From the NCBI GenBank assembly GCA_951406725.2, contig OX597827.1, positions 79,298,001 through 79,362,000 of the forward strand: DNA of 64,000 nt, given 5' to 3'. The notes under the pieces are model-generated. The model saw nothing but the letters and a program-made list of their open reading frames with translations, was not told the DNA's origin and made no database searches. The position numbers and the translations under genes were made by a program. Numbering within the stretch: the first letter of the stretch is position 1; each line of letters starts with the position of its first letter. This DNA is from Octopus vulgaris. Its lineage: Eukaryota. Positions 10,437-25,508 of the stretch are shown piece by piece.

Positions 10437-11542
10437 CTACAAAACTACAAATATTTAGGTGTGTTTGATGAAAAATGGCATCTGGCATACACAAATTCTG
10501 AAGGGAAAATGGAAACATTGTTATCACAGACTTAATAGGTGGATCAAAAGGTGTTGATAACTTGACACAGAATATTTTGTAGCATTACTAATCCAATATT
10601 TTCAAGAAATACTTTACATTAAACTTGAATTCAAATAATTTATTGAAAAACATTTCATTGAAACTTGACAGAGGGGTATAACACCAACAAAATAGATCAT
10701 AAAATGTTGTCTATTAGTTCACAATAAATTTTAATGATATATAGATAGGGATTATAAAATATTTCAGTGAAGGTTATGAATGAAAAAATTATCTACGAGA
10801 TATTCAGATCAATTTATCCAGGGAAATGTAATAAAAATAATTTAAATCACTATCTATATACAATACTTAGTTTTTATGTCATACTGCTACATATAATATA
10901 TTTGTTTTGTTGGGTTTTTTTTAACTAAATAACTACAATAATGTGAAGAATGATAGTTTGTAGAAAGAAGATGTTACTTTTTCTGATCAATTCTTAACAA
11001 ATCTACAACATTCATCTCTTGCTGTCAGAGTTAATATATCTTAACAACACATGACAATATCATCAGTTTATATCTCACACTAAATACCTTAAAATAACAA
11101 AACTACACTAAATTTTATTCATCAACATCTTCATAATAATAATGATGGTGATGAAATACACTTAGTTTATTATACACAAAGATATATAATGGATACCTAA
11201 TAAGTTATATATACATAGGGATATTAATGATCTGATAAAATTTCATTAAAAATAGAGAAAGATTTAGATTTAATTAGTGAATTAATTATGACAAAACAGA
11301 TATAACCTATAACGTACATTATTAACACCCGGTCTTATTGGTTATTAGTAAATGTTGTCTACAAATTGATTAATATATATATATGTCCGTCTACTTCAGA
11401 TTATATTACACCTATATTGCATACATAATATATAATAACAAAATATATAGTTTAATATCTCTTGTAAAATATGTGATTTTGACATGAAAATAATTGGTCC
11501 ATCAAGAAGTAATTGTATTACAATGTCTACTGCAGTTGTGTT

Positions 11543-11697
11543 GTTAATGGTGGAAGTCATGGCTAGATCTCTCGATCCTCCACTGTCCCAGTCCCCGTAT
11601 ATATACAACATGGCAGACATTTTAGATATTATCCTTACCCTGTCTTTCATTAGAAACACAAATAATATAAATGTTATAATGAATATGAAAAGATAAT

Positions 11698-11737
<40 letters not shown>

Positions 11738-12143
11738 CTGCATTGTTTAATCCTTCACTGTAGTTGTGTGTGATGGATGATGTGTATCCTGCTGTAGTGT
11801 TCCACTCTAACTGCTGCTGCTGCTGCTGTAGTGGTATTATAGTGGTACTGCTGCTGTTGTAGTAGTGTTCCTGTGTTACTGCTGCTGCTGCTGCTGTTCC
11901 TGTGTAACTGCTGATATAATAGTGTGACAGTTGCTGTATGTAGTGGGAGGTGAGATGTTAGCCAGATGCTGGTGTGTGCTAGTTACAACTCTATGTCCTC
12001 ACACACACACACACACAATTGTGTGTATGATGAACAAAGAAAAAAGCTATCAGCCTCACTTTCAATATTGAAAGAAATATAGAAAATCTCTCTCATCCAA
12101 TAGGAAATTACTGCAATGTTGTCTGTGTCACACAAACACATCA
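11543..12143 (-). promoter_or_regulatory. g2 conserved promoter/first-exon cassette (CCAAT 12097-12101; donor 11738/11737)
   Basis: Near-identical to the g1 cassette. Confidence 0.75.
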
Positions 12144-12985
12144 AATAAGAGAAGTCATGTTAAACAGAAGCAACTTCACTTTTTCTATTTAATGGAAGTA
12201 CTAAATTTGCATTTCAATGTTAGGAAATAAGAGACTTGAATTAAAATATAAGATTTATTAATAATATTTACTTATATTTGATGGGTTATTATTAACTTTA
12301 CTATAAGAATACATTTTCTGGATTCCTATCAGAAAGAAATTGTTTTTAGATTAAGTCACAAAAGATTTCTTTAGTTAAGATGTTTACATGATTAGATAAA
12401 CTGTAGACTAAGTAAATTAGGAGAAACAAAAATATTTCCAAGTTAAAAAATTTAAAATGCACATGATTTTCTCATATTTTCTGTAATATTTCATAAAATA
12501 TGAAACATTTGAAAATCAATAACTAAGAAAACTTCAAATATAGTTTTGGTTTGTTAGCAACATAGGTGAATATTTAGTGCTAAATTACTGGTAGCTGTTA
12601 ATTAATAAAATTTAAGAAAAGCTGAATATAAAAAGAAAAGAAAAAAATATTTTAGTATGATGATAATATAATGGGAGAATTGGTATCAAAAAAGCTACTA
12701 TAACTAAACATTCTAGAATGACTCAGATAAATTAACCAATGTTTAGTGAAATGGCTAAAAGAAAACCGAGAGGAAAATAAATATTCTATAACAATGTTCT
12801 TTGGTAATGAAGAGTAGGATTTTTGAAATATTTACTGTAAATTAGGGGTCATAATAGATTCTACTTTAAGGCCTTTTAAATGTGATGTGTGAGAGACATA
12901 GAGTTGATATTTTTATATGAATATAAAGTATTGTATAAGATTTGATGTGTGAGAGAATCATTTAACAATAGTCATGGAACATCTA

Positions 12986-15900
12986 CTATGTTGGCTGTAG
13001 ATAGGTATCTTGTATTTGTTGTCCCTTTAGTATTGTGGCTGCAACTGGATTGTCATTGGTATATTCTGCAAAATATCAAATATACAAACACAAATTACAT
13101 TCCAATATAACAACTCCAATATATAAAGATAGAAACACTGATCTTATATTACACTAAGCATAACATTATATATTGTCCTACAGTAATAAAGGCAATTACA
13201 TTTATATGTTATGTTTTGATAAAATTACCTGGTTCTGCAGGTATCTCATCATATGGTTTAGTCTTGCCATTACTCTTGCTAGCTTCTCTGTCCTTTTGGG
13301 ATGTTAAGGTGTCACTGTTGTAAGACATGATGGAACTGGTGCGACGTCCTTGACTATGGATTGAATCACATCTCTGTTGATTACAGAAAAATGAATGTTA
13401 TATCAATACAAGTTCAGATGACTCCTAATAAAACAGTTCTCATATAAAGCATATTCTATTTAGATAATGAATATTGTATTTTGCTATCACAAGGACACCA
13501 AAGAACAATTAATTCAGAATGCCACAGAAAAGCCAGAAATTTTAACCAAAGGAACGAAACGTTTCATACACATGAGAATCTGAAATAGATATTTGAAAGA
13601 AATATTTGAATGCACATCAATAATTGATTAAATACTTTTGTATTTATAATCGAAAGGATATTTACCTGAGGCACAGGTGGAAGTCTCCTTTGTGTTGTTG
13701 AGAATTTCCACTCATCTGGTGTCTGTTCCATCTCCAGAAAAAACTGACTTTTAGATTTTATCGTCTGAAGATTTCGGTTAAATATCTCTTCTGCATTTCT
13801 CGTTATTGCAACAGGATTGTTAGTTTGATACAGTAATTGTCTCATCTCAGTCTGAGAGAGAAAGTTGGGATTCTCTGCTGTTGTGGGTGAGTTATTTGTG
13901 TGATTAATACATCTGAAAACACACAGTGTTATGGACACTACAATAGCCACAGATAGTATTACAGCTGCTGCTACAATGATAATTACCCAAGTCATATTCA
14001 GGTCGTGACCAGACTGGAATGGCACAGCAGTCAACATTGGAGATGTATCATTACTAACAAACAGTGTTAGTATGATAGCAGTTGTTGCTGATTGAACTGG
14101 AGTACCACCGTCTTTCACTATAAACTGCAGCTCATATGTTCCTGCATCATTTTGGTAAACTGTGCGAGAGAAAGATAACACGCCAGTGTGTGAGTTCACT
14201 GTAAACAGGTTTTTATCATTGGATCTCAGTATTCCATATGTGAGGAAAGCATTGTTTCCAGTGTCTTTGTCAGATGCTCTCAGAATTGTGATGTCCTTCT
14301 TACTGTGTGGATGGTAGTGGACATCGAGATTGTAAGGGTCATTATTAGGAAACGTAAAATACGGAGCATTATCATTTTTATCTAGAATCTCAATAACAAT
14401 ATTGGCAGTGTCATTGAGAGAAGGTGTTCCATTATCTTTCACTAAAACCTGGAACTTATAGATGTCTTTCATTTCTCGATCTATTGATTGTGATGTAGAA
14501 ATAAATCCATATTTTGTCAGTTGGAAAGGAATGTTATCATTGTTGTTATCATTGATGATAGAATATGTAAGTTGGCCTCCATCTCCAAGATCAGGGTCTG
14601 TAGCATTGATGAAGCCAATAGGGAAGTCAACTTTCTGGTTTTCATAGGTGAGGAATTGGAATGTCTCTTTGGTAAAATGTGGTTCTACATCATTGACATC
14701 AGTTACTTTGACAGAGAAATATTTTTTACTTTCTAGTTGAGGTGACCCCATGTCATGACACACAATAGATACTTTATAGTGGTCCCTTATTTCTCTGTCA
14801 AGATGGCCCTTAACAATCATTTTATATTCTTTAGAATCAATTTTGGCAAGTTTAAACTTATCATGTTTTAAATCACAGATAACCTCACCATTAGGTCCAC
14901 TATCAGTGTCAGTGACCATAACATAAGCTATAAAACTACCAATTTTACTTGCTTCTGAAACTGCTGCTGAGCTCTCTGATAAAGGAGATACAAAATCTAT
15001 ATTAATCATGGGTACATTATTTCTGTTATTAATTATTTGAATCTGAACTGCTGCAACAGACTTTTTTGGTGGCTTACCTCCATCCATTGCTTCAATAAAT
15101 AATTTATAAGATTGCATCTTAGTAAACTGAAAATTATCATGTAAAAATAAATCTCCAGTGTTCTTATTTAATACAAAATATTTCTGGATATTTCGAGATG
15201 TTTTATGGTTGAAATGGTAAGAAATCTTTCCATTGTCTCCAGAATCTTGATCTGTGGCTTTTAAAGTAAGAATTGGTAAATGTCTTTGATGTGAATTATT
15301 GATAGAAATGTTGTACATTTCCTGTGAAAATACAGGTATGTTATCATTAGCATCTGTCACAGTTATGTGTACCTTGAGTGTAGCTGTTTTGGGAGGATTC
15401 CCTCCATCTTTAGCTTCCAAGATCAACATATATGAATCTTTTACTTCCCTGTCTAATCTGTCTTCTAGAATTAGCTCAGGTATAAAAATACCCTTTTGTT
15501 TTGTGACAGAAAGTGAAAATGGTTCTCTTTTACTTTTCTTAATCATATATGTAATTTGGGAATTTTTTATCGAAATATCCTGATCAATGGCATTTAGAAG
15601 GGAGACCATTTCCCCTTTTCTGTCTCTCTCAGAAAATACAATCTCAGCTTCATTCTGTGGAAATTCTGGAGAATGGTCATTGATGTCTTCTATTAATATT
15701 TTTATCCTTAAAATTTTCATAAATGTTTCTTCTTTCCTCACTGCTACTTTAACAATTCTGAAACATTCTTTGTTGTATGTACACAGAGACTCAGCATCCA
15801 GTGTTTGAGTAGTGTAGAGTTTTCCTGAGTTGGTGACATTAAATAAGTGAGAACCACTCTCGACTGTCCTTTGTAGTTGTGTAAATGTAATGAGAGTGTG

Positions 15901-16062
15901 TTGTTGATGTGTGAGAGGGTGTGATAAGTTGGAGTCAACAGCAATGTCTCCTATATAGGTGTGAGGCCTGTCTTCTTCCTTGACATGGTATGTAATATCT
16001 ATGGACAGTACAAGGGTGATCAGTAAATGTAGAAGACACAGTAGACCAATATATGCTGTCAT
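12986..16062 (-). CDS. Protocadherin g3, ~873 aa; coding exons 16062-13666, 13373-13229, 13065-12986
   Basis: Same motifs and splice sites; exon-3 donor variant GTAATT. Confidence 0.93.
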
Positions 16063-18060
16063 GTCTGGAATTCTTCATCACATTTCAGCAGGAGAAATTT
16101 CTACAAAAGACAGCAAAGATATTTAATGCTTATGTAAAATGTAAACCAATTTATATTTATAAAAACGACTGTGACACTTCTATGTTTATCTGTAAAAATG
16201 CTCCATTAGTCCCAATTGAATAGTCTTCTCTTGTCTGATAATCTACAAGATAATCTCCTAATATAATAATGAGTATATTGTTTTCATATATTTGTGTATA
16301 TATATATATATATATATTTGTCCAAAATCATGCAGTAGGCATGAAAGGTATAGGGACAGGAGAGGAGAGAAAATAATAATTCAGTGAAGGAGAAGTAGTG
16401 AAAGTAATAGCCATGACTGAGGGGGAGTGAGAGAAAGTAATAGCAATGAAAAAGAAAGAGGAAGAGGCAAAGAGAGCATTGTGTATCTTCTACTATAATA
16501 ATACTCTTGTGTATTTATCTGTCCCAATATAGGAATGAGAAAGGAAGGGGTGATTCACTGATGGAAGTGGAATGGTGAAAAGTCAACAGTGAAACAAAAA
16601 TCAAACAGCGCTTCAAAACTGTGTGTGTATATGTATCTGCATGTAAAAGAGAGGAATGTGAAAGTTTGCGTTTGTGTTTGTGTAAAATATACTTATATAT
16701 TTAAGTGATTGTACATCTGTTTGTGTATGTTTATTTAGAAAGATACATAGAAGATAGAATTATAGACATATGCATTTATACACACACATATAAACAGAAA
16801 CACTTAAAAAGGAAGGAAGCGGATTGTGACAAAGTATAGAAAACCGCATTCGCTGCACACTGTCCTATTCATACATATAAATGTATGCATATGCACAAAC
16901 ACAGAACTGAAACACTGTTTGTTTTTCTTTCACCTTTTTATATATAAAATACTACAATTAGCAATCATTTTGGACAGCAATGGGCCATCTAGAAATACGT
17001 AACGAGAGTTATCTCCCTTGAGTAATTCTCCCAACTTTATCTCTACACACCTCATTTTGTGAATGGTAATCCTCTTCCCATAAGCCAAGATCATCTGTCA
17101 CCATTTACCCCACCCTTATGTATGCCTGACTTTGTCTCTGCCCCTGTGCATCGTTCTTCCACCCACTCCACCCCTCACTCCACATCCTCTTTGCTAGCAC
17201 CCACACCTACTTTCTCCACCTTCCCCTCTATCTGATATTTATAATTGACAAGGATTCCACAGTGTTCACCACTCACTGCATTTCCCTTAAACTCTATCTC
17301 TATCCATCTGCCACTCACCTCTCACATTACCACAGACTTACCTACCCAAGGTATGCTCTAACACATCTTCCCAACCATCTTCTTTCTACCATATAACTTT
17401 TTACAGCAACACACCTGTTCCAGTCCCTCTATCATACTTCAGCCTCTCATTACCTGGCATAAAGCCACTCCCCTCAATATTACTCACCCTTGTTTTTGTC
17501 TTGCAAGTCACTTGGTCATCTGGTGACCTTGCTAGTGCTGGTGCCAAATAAATAGCACCCAGTACACTCAGTAAAGAAGTTGGCTTTAGAAATGGAATCC
17601 AGACTTAGAAACAATACTAAAGCAGACACTGGAGTTTGGTGCAGTCAACTGGTTTATCACCATCAATCTCATGATAACATGGGAAATAATCATATGATGA
17701 TGATAATGATGATTATAGTATATATGTATATATAGGTAGTTTCAACATACCAGCAAATGATATATATCTATATATTTACATAGGTACAGTTACAGGTACA
17801 TATACATAAACAATTGAGTACATATGTACAACTATGTGTACATAGTGTATACACACATGTATGCATATAAATGTATGTGTGCATATATATATTTATGTTT
17901 GTACATATGTATGTATTATACATATGTATACATGCATATGTACATACATATGTGTATATATAGGTAGCTCTCACATTCTGTATTTCTAATGCTCACATCC
18001 TCACAAGAATTTTGTCCATCAACATCAACTAATACAATGTCTCAGATGAGATTATATATA

Positions 18061-18208
18061 TCATCATCATCATCATCATCATCGTTTAACGTCCGTTTTC
18101 CATGCTAGCATGGGTTGGACGGTTCAACTGGGGTCTGGGAAGCCAGAAGGCTGCGCCAGGCCCAGTCTGATCTGGCAGTGTTTCTACAGCTGGATGCCCT
18201 TCCTAACA
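18061..18208 (-). mobile_element. SINE family B fragment with (CAT)n tail
   Basis: (cat)n-cgtttaacgtccgttttccatgctagcatgggttggac...ggatgcccttcctaa. Recurs at ~33563, 51033, 58600, 59493 and 60095, and inverted at ~17520, 38250 and 42205. Confidence 0.75.
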
Positions 18209-18505
18209 CCAGAACCTGTCCAAGAAAATTTGCTCAATACCAAGTTACTGACACTATCTTTTCACTCATCATCAAAAATGCAGTAAACTAATGTTTCATC
18301 CATTGGAAAACTGTAACCAGTATCACTAATTTTCATTAATTGCAACATAAAATGTACAAAGAAGCCACAAACAGCTGTAACCATTTTGATTTTAAAGATA
18401 TTTTAAGGAGCAACCTACATATATATATACATATAGCAACCTACATATATACATATATATATATATATACACATTTATATACATATATATATATATACAC
18501 ACATT

Positions 18506-18546
<41 letters not shown>

Positions 18547-18565
18547 TTATATACATTTTTTGGGG

Positions 18566-18739
18566 AAGAGGGCTAGTTGATTATATCAACCCCAGTGTGT
18601 AGCTGGTACATATTTCTGCAACCCCAGAAAGATGAAAGGCAAAGTCGACCGTGGCAGAAATTGAACTCAGAATGTAGCGGCAGATGAAATACCGCTAAGC
18701 ATTTTCCCTGGTATGCTAACGGTTCTGCCAGCTCACCAC
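18566..18739 (-). mobile_element. tRNA-derived SINE family A
   Basis: Minus-strand A box (TGGCAGAACCGTTAG) and B box (GAGTTCAATTTC); homologous to 50138-50366. Confidence 0.8.
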
Positions 18740-18947
18740 TTTAAAGAAAAACTATAATAATGTGGTGTATGTTAATTTGTAGAAAGAAGATGAGATTATT
18801 TCTGATCAATTTTCAACATTCATCTCTTGTTTTCAGACTTGATATATTTTAACAACATGTGACAATATCATTGGCTTATATCTTGCACAAAATATCTTAA
18901 ACAGCAAACCTACACTAAATAATAATTATCACCAGTTTCTTAATAAA

Positions 18948-18978
<31 letters not shown>

Positions 18979-19377
18979 TTAAAAACATTTTTAGTTTTAT
19001 TAGAAAATACAAAGAAATATATAATAGATATTTCAAATAGTATATATATATATATATATTGGGATTAGCAATGTGCTAGAGTTCACTGAAGGTAGAGAAA
19101 GATAAGATTTAATTAGTAAATTATTATGACAAAAACAGATATACAATACACTGACATGCATTACTAACAGCCAGTCTTATTGGTTATCAGTCAATGTTTT
19201 CCGACAGTGAAATAAATATATATGCACCTAGTTTGGAATATATTAAACCATTATACATAAGAAATATCAGAGCAATATATACAGTTTAATATCTCATGAA
19301 TAAGGATTGATTCTGACGTTAAAAGACGTAATCCAGTTTGAAGTAATTATATTACAATGTCTATTACAGATGTTGTT

Positions 19378-19534
19378 GTTAATGGTGGAAGTGATGGCTA
19401 GATCTCTCGATCCTCCACTGTCCCAGTCCCTGTATATATACAACATGGCAGACATTTTAGATATTATCCTTACCCTGTCTTTCATTAGAAACACAAATAA
19501 TATAAATGTTATAATGAATATGAAAAGATAATAA

Positions 19535-19566
<32 letters not shown>

Positions 19567-19970
19567 CTGCATTGTTTAATCCTTTACTGTAGTTGTGTGT
19601 GATGGATGATGTGTATCCTGCTGTAGTGTTCCACTCCAACTGCTGCTGCTGCTGCTGTAGTGGTATTATAGTGGTACTGCTGCTGTTGTAGTAGTGTTCC
19701 TGTGTTACTGCTGCTGCTGCTGCTGTTCCTGTGTAACTGCTGATATAATAGTGTGACAGTTGCTGTATGTAGTGGGAGGTGAGATGTTAGCCAGATGCTG
19801 GTGTGTGCTAGTTACAACTCTATGTCCTCCACACACACACACACAATTGTGTGTATGATGAACAAAGAAAAAAGCTATCAGCCTCACTTTCAATATTGAA
19901 AGAAATATAGAAAATCTCTCTCATCCAATAGGAAATTACTGCAATGATGTCTGTGTCACACAAACACATC
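19378..19970 (-). promoter_or_regulatory. g3 conserved promoter/first-exon cassette (CCAAT 19925-19929; donor 19567/19566)
   Basis: Near-identical to the g1 cassette. Confidence 0.75.
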
Positions 19971-20775
19971 GAATAAGAGAAGTCATGTTAAACAGAAGCA
20001 ACTTCATTTTTTCTATTTAATAAAAACACTAAGTTTACATATCTAATGTTAGGAAATAAGAGATTTGTATTAAAATATAAGATTTATAATAATATTTCTT
20101 GAGATTAACTTCACTATAAGAATACATACTCAGGATTTCTATCAGAAACAAATTAATTTTAGAGTAAGTCAACAAAAATTTCATTATTTAAGAAGTTTTC
20201 ATGATTAGAGAAACTATAAACGAAGTAAATTAGGAGAAACAAAAGTATTTCAAAGTGAAGAAAAAAAAAAAACAATCTTATTTGTACTTCCTAAAATATG
20301 AATTCCTTTAAATTTCAATATTTAACAAAACTTTTAATGTTTTCAATATAGGTAACAGTATGTCGCCCTTAAATTGTAGCTACTGTTAATTAGTAAAATT
20401 TAAGAAACACTCAATAAAAAAAAATAGATGATATTAATTAAACATAGAATTGATATCAAACTAAAAGCTACTAAAACCAAACATTCTAGGATGAATCAGG
20501 TTAATTTATTTAAGTTTTAGTGAAATGTCTATACTAAAACTGACAGTAAATTAAATGTTTAATAATAATTAACTATGGTAATGTAGAGTTGGGTGTTTTG
20601 TAATATTTAGTGTATCAGAGATGTAAAAAAGGGATGATAATAGATACCACTGTAAGGCCTTCTATGCGTGTAATATGTGAAAGACACATAGAGTTGATAT
20701 TTTTATATGAATATAAAGTATTGTATAAGATTTGGTGTGTGAGAGAATCATTTAACAATAGTCATGGAACATCTA

Positions 20776-23700
20776 CTATGTTGGCTGTAGATAGGTATCT
20801 TGTATTTGTTGTCCCTTTAGTATTGTGGCTGCAACTGGATTGTCATTGGTATATTCTGCAAAATATCAAATATACAAACACAAATTACATTTCAATATAA
20901 CAACTCCAATATATAAAGATAGAAACATTGATCTTGTATTACACTAAGCATAACATTATATATTGTCCTACAGTAATAAAGGCAATTACATTTATATGTT
21001 ATGTTTTGATAAAAGTTACCTGGTTCTGCAGGTATCTCATCATATGGTTTAGTCTTGCCATTACTCTTGCTAGCTTCTCTGTCCTTTTGGGATGTTAAGG
21101 TGTCACTGTTGTAAGACATGATGGAACTGGTACGACGTCCTTGACTATGGATTGAATCACATCTCTGTGGATTAGAAAACAAAGCAGGGTGAATCATTAG
21201 GCTAAAAAGAAGAAACTTTTGCATTTATATTCTAGAATGCCCCAGGTAAGACACAAGGAAGGGTAATACAATCAGACCATCAGAATTATTAATATTCAAT
21301 AATTTATTTGTATAAAAGAATTAGAGAAACAAGTTTAGTTGTTAAATGAAATAATTCTACTAATTCTGAAAGGTGTAAATTGATAGGAAAGCTTTTACAT
21401 TTCTAGAAAGAAGAGGAAAAAATATACAAACTAGAACATAACTGTTATAACCACAACTGTGATATATCATTTCCGAAACATCAATTAAAATAATATTTAC
21501 CTGAGGCACAGGTGGAAGTCTCCTTTGTGTTGTCGAGAATTTCCATTCATCTGGTGTCTGTTCCATCTCCAGAAAAAACTGACTTTTAGATTTTATTGTC
21601 TGAAGATTTCGGTTAAATATCTCTTCTGCATTTCTCGTTATTGCAACAGGATTGTTAGTCTGATACAGTAATTGTCTCATCTCAGTCTGAGAGAGAAAGT
21701 TGGGATTCTCTGCTGTTGTGGGTGAGTTATTTGTGTGATTAATACATCTGAAAACACACAGTGTTATGGACACTACAATAGCCACAGATAGTATTACAGC
21801 TGCTGCTACAATGATAATTACCCAAGTCATATTCAGGTCGTGACCAGACTGGAATGGCACAGCAGTCAACATTGGAGATGTATCATTACTAACAAACAGT
21901 GTTAGTATGATAGCAGTTGTTGCTGATTGAACTGGAGTACCACCGTCTTTCACTATAAACTGCAGCTCATATGTTCCTGCATCATTTTGGTAAACTGTGC
22001 GAGAGAAAGATAACACACCAGTGTGTGAGTTCACTGTAAACAGGTTTTTATCATTGGATCTCAGGATTCCATATGTGAGGAAAGCATTGTTTCCAGTGTC
22101 TTTGTCAGATGCTCTCAGAATTGTGATGCCCTTCTTACTGTGTGGATGGTAGTGGACATCGAGATTGTAAGGGTCATTATTAGGAAACGTAAAATACGGA
22201 GCATTATCATTTTTATCTAGAATCTCAATAACAATATTGGCAGTGTCATTGAGAGAAGGTGTTCCATTATCTTTCACTAAAACCTTGAACTTATAGATGT
22301 CTTTCATTTCTCGATCTATTGATTGTGATGTAGAAATAAATCCATATTTTGTCAGTTGGAAAGGAATGTTATCATTGTTGTTATCATTGATGATAGAATA
22401 TGTAAGTTGGCCTCCATCTCCAAGATCAGAGTCCGTAGCATTGATGAAGCCAATAGGGAAGTCAACTTTCTGGTTTTCATAGGTGAGGAATTGGAATGTC
22501 TCTTTGGTAAAATGTGGTTCTACATCATTGACATCAGTTACTTTGACAGAGAAATATTTTTTACTTTCTAGTTGAGGTGACCCCATGTCATGACACACAA
22601 TAGATACTTTATAGTGGTCCCTTATTTCTCTGTCAAGATGGCCCTTAACAATCATTTTATATTCTTTAGAATCTATTTTGGCAAGTTTAAACTTATCATG
22701 TTTTAAATCACAGATAACCTCACCATTAGGTCCACTATCAGTGTCAGTGACCATAACATAAGCTATAAAACTACCAATTTTACTTGCTTCTGAAACTGCT
22801 GCTGAACTCTCTGTTAAAGGAGATACAAAATCTATATTTATCAATGGAGCATTATTCTCATTATTAATTACATGAAGCTGAACTCTGGTAACAGATTTTT
22901 TGGGTGGCTGTCCTCCATCCCTTGCTTCAATAAACAATTTATAAGATTGCTTTTTACTAAATTGAAAATTATCGTGTAAAAATAAATCTCCAGTTTTCTT
23001 ATTTAATACAAAATATTTCTGGACATTTTGAGATGTTTTATGGTTGAAATGATAAGAAATCTTTCCATTGTCTCCAGAATCTTTATCTGTGGCTTTTAAA
23101 GTAAGAACTGGTAAATGTCTTTGATGTGAATTATTTATAGAGATGTTGTAGAGTTTCTGTGAAAATGAAGGTGTGTTATCATTGACATCTGTTACAGATA
23201 TGTGTACCTTGAGTGTAGCTGTGTTGGGAGGGTTTCCTCCATCTTTAGCTTGAACTGCTAAAATATATGAGTCTTGAAGTTCCCTATCTAATGTTTCTTC
23301 TAGAATGAGTTCAGGTATGAAAATACCATCCTGTTTTGTGACAGAGAGAGAAAATGGTTCACTCTTGCTTTTTTCAATCATATATGCAAGTTGGGAATTT
23401 TTTATTGAAATATCTTTATCAATTGCATTTAGAAGAGATATTCTAGTTCCTTTACTGTCTGTCTCAGAAAATGCAATTTCAACTTCATTCTGTGGAAATT
23501 CTGGAGAATGGTCATTGATGTCCTGTATCAATATTTTTATTTTAAGGATTTTCATAAAGGTTTGTCCCTTTCTCACAGCTACTTTAACTATTCTGGAACA
23601 TTCCTTGTTGTATGTACACAGAGACTCAGCATCCAGTGTTTGAGTAGTGTATAGTTTTCCTGAGTTGGTGACATTAAATAAGTGAGAACCACTCTCGACT

Positions 23701-23897
23701 GTCCTTTGTAGTTGTGTAAATGTAATGAGAGTGTGTTGTTGATGTGTGAGAGGGTGTGATAAGTTGGAGTCAACAGCAATGTCTCCTATATAGGTGTGAG
23801 GTCTGTCTTCTTCCTTGACATGGTATGTAATATCTATGGACAGTACAAGGGTGATCAGTAAATGTAGAAGACACAGTAGACCAATATATGCTGTCAT
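20776..23897 (-). CDS. Protocadherin g4, ~873 aa; coding exons 23897-21501, 21164-21020, 20855-20776
   Basis: Same motifs and splice sites. Confidence 0.93.
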
Positions 23898-24280
23898 GTC
23901 TGGAAGTCTTCATCACATTTCAGCAGGAGAAATTTCTACAAAACACCAGAAACACATTTAAAGCTTATGTATAATTTAACCAACTTCATTCTATTTATAA
24001 TAATCATTATGAAACTTCTATTCCATTAGCTGCAATTTGTATAGTCTTCTGAGATCTGACAATCCTTAAGACCATACATAACGAGAGTTATCTCCCTCGA
24101 ATAAACGTTCCATCTTAATCTGAAATAGTAAACGTCATGCTTACATTGTTTTTCATTCTGCTTTTCCGTGAAAATTCAGTCTATTTTCAGAGTTAGCAAT
24201 TAAAAATTTCAGGTTTAATGTCGATAACTCCTGAACAGATTCACATATTTCTTAAAAAATATATATAAACTGAAAAAACG

Positions 24281-24487
24281 GTTCCAAATTTTGGCAGAAG
24301 GCCAGCAATTTCCTGGGTGGGGTTAAGTTTATTACATTGGTCCCAGTCTTCAACTGGTGCTTATTTTACTGAAAGGATGTATGGCACAGCCGACCTTGGC
24401 AGTATTTGAACACAGAATGTAATAACAGATGAAATGCAGCTAAGTATTCTGTCCAGGTTACTAATGAATCTGCTAGCTTGCCACCTT
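24281..24487 (-). mobile_element. Degenerate SINE family A
   Basis: Similarity by eye to 50138-50366 (actggtgcttatttt...gaaaggatg...tttgaacacaga...ctgctagcttgcc). Confidence 0.65.
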
Positions 24488-24859
24488 CAGGTATACTGAT
24501 GTATTGTAAACTGATATAGAAAAGATGAATACCAAAGTGAGATACTAAATATCTTGGAATTAAACTCAAATCGCTGAGCATTGTTTCCATGGCTGGATAC
24601 CCTTCTTGTTGCCAAACACTATACATTGAGTACTGGTTGCCTTTCATGTTGCACCTGCTCCAGCTATGCCACCAAGTAACTTATGGACAAGACACACACA
24701 CACACACACACCACATCGACATGTAACTAAATGTGTTGAGTGCTCATTCTTTCATTTGTTCTCTCTCGTGTATTTCTATGTATGCAGATATATTCTCTTA
24801 TTTGTTTCAGAACTGATTCTTTGTAAGCCCAGTATATATTCTATCATTCTCTTTTGCTG

Positions 24860-24922
24860 AACTCCCAAGTTACAGGGATGTAAACACATCAACATCAAAC
24901 GATGGCATGGGGACAAACACAG

Positions 24923-24961
<39 letters not shown>

Positions 24962-25118
24962 CGATAAGCTTCTTTCAATTTCCATCTACCAAATCCACTC
25001 ACAAGGCTTTAGTTAGCCCATGGCCATAGTAGAAGACACTTGCCTAAGGTGCCATACAGAGGGACTGAACCCAGAATCATGTGGTTGGAAAGCAAGCTTC
25101 TTACCACACAGCCATGCC
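24860..25118 (-). mobile_element. tRNA-derived SINE family C with internal (CA)n/(TA)n
   Basis: Minus strand starts AGGCATGGCTGTGTGGTAAG (A box) ... GGTTCAGTCCC (B box), followed by ACCTTAGGCAAG. Confidence 0.7.
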
Positions 25119-25462
25119 TGTATATACATACAGCTAGTTTGAACACAGGAACAAATGCACTGTACTTGAGAACATTTAATCAAAAATGAATTTCTAAAAG
25201 GATATCTCCTATGTCTATGCTCTGCACCCAATCTGTCCCTGACAAATCTCTCCTCTCATACAATTTACTTTCTTAATACCCATCCCTACCAAAAGCCATC
25301 TTCCCAACACCTTCACCTCCATCAATCTTCTGACTATATGTACATACATATATGCATATATAAGTAGCTCTTACATTTTGCATTTCTAATGCTCACATCC
25401 TCACAAGAACTTTCTCCATCAAACATCAACTAATGCAATAACCATGTCTCTGTTGATAAATA

Positions 25463-25508
<46 letters not shown>

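Noticed and set aside
17768-17974. Low-complexity ORFs (YI/HT/poly-Y/poly-H), also at 18340, 35752 and 42680
   Set aside because: Translations of microsatellites.
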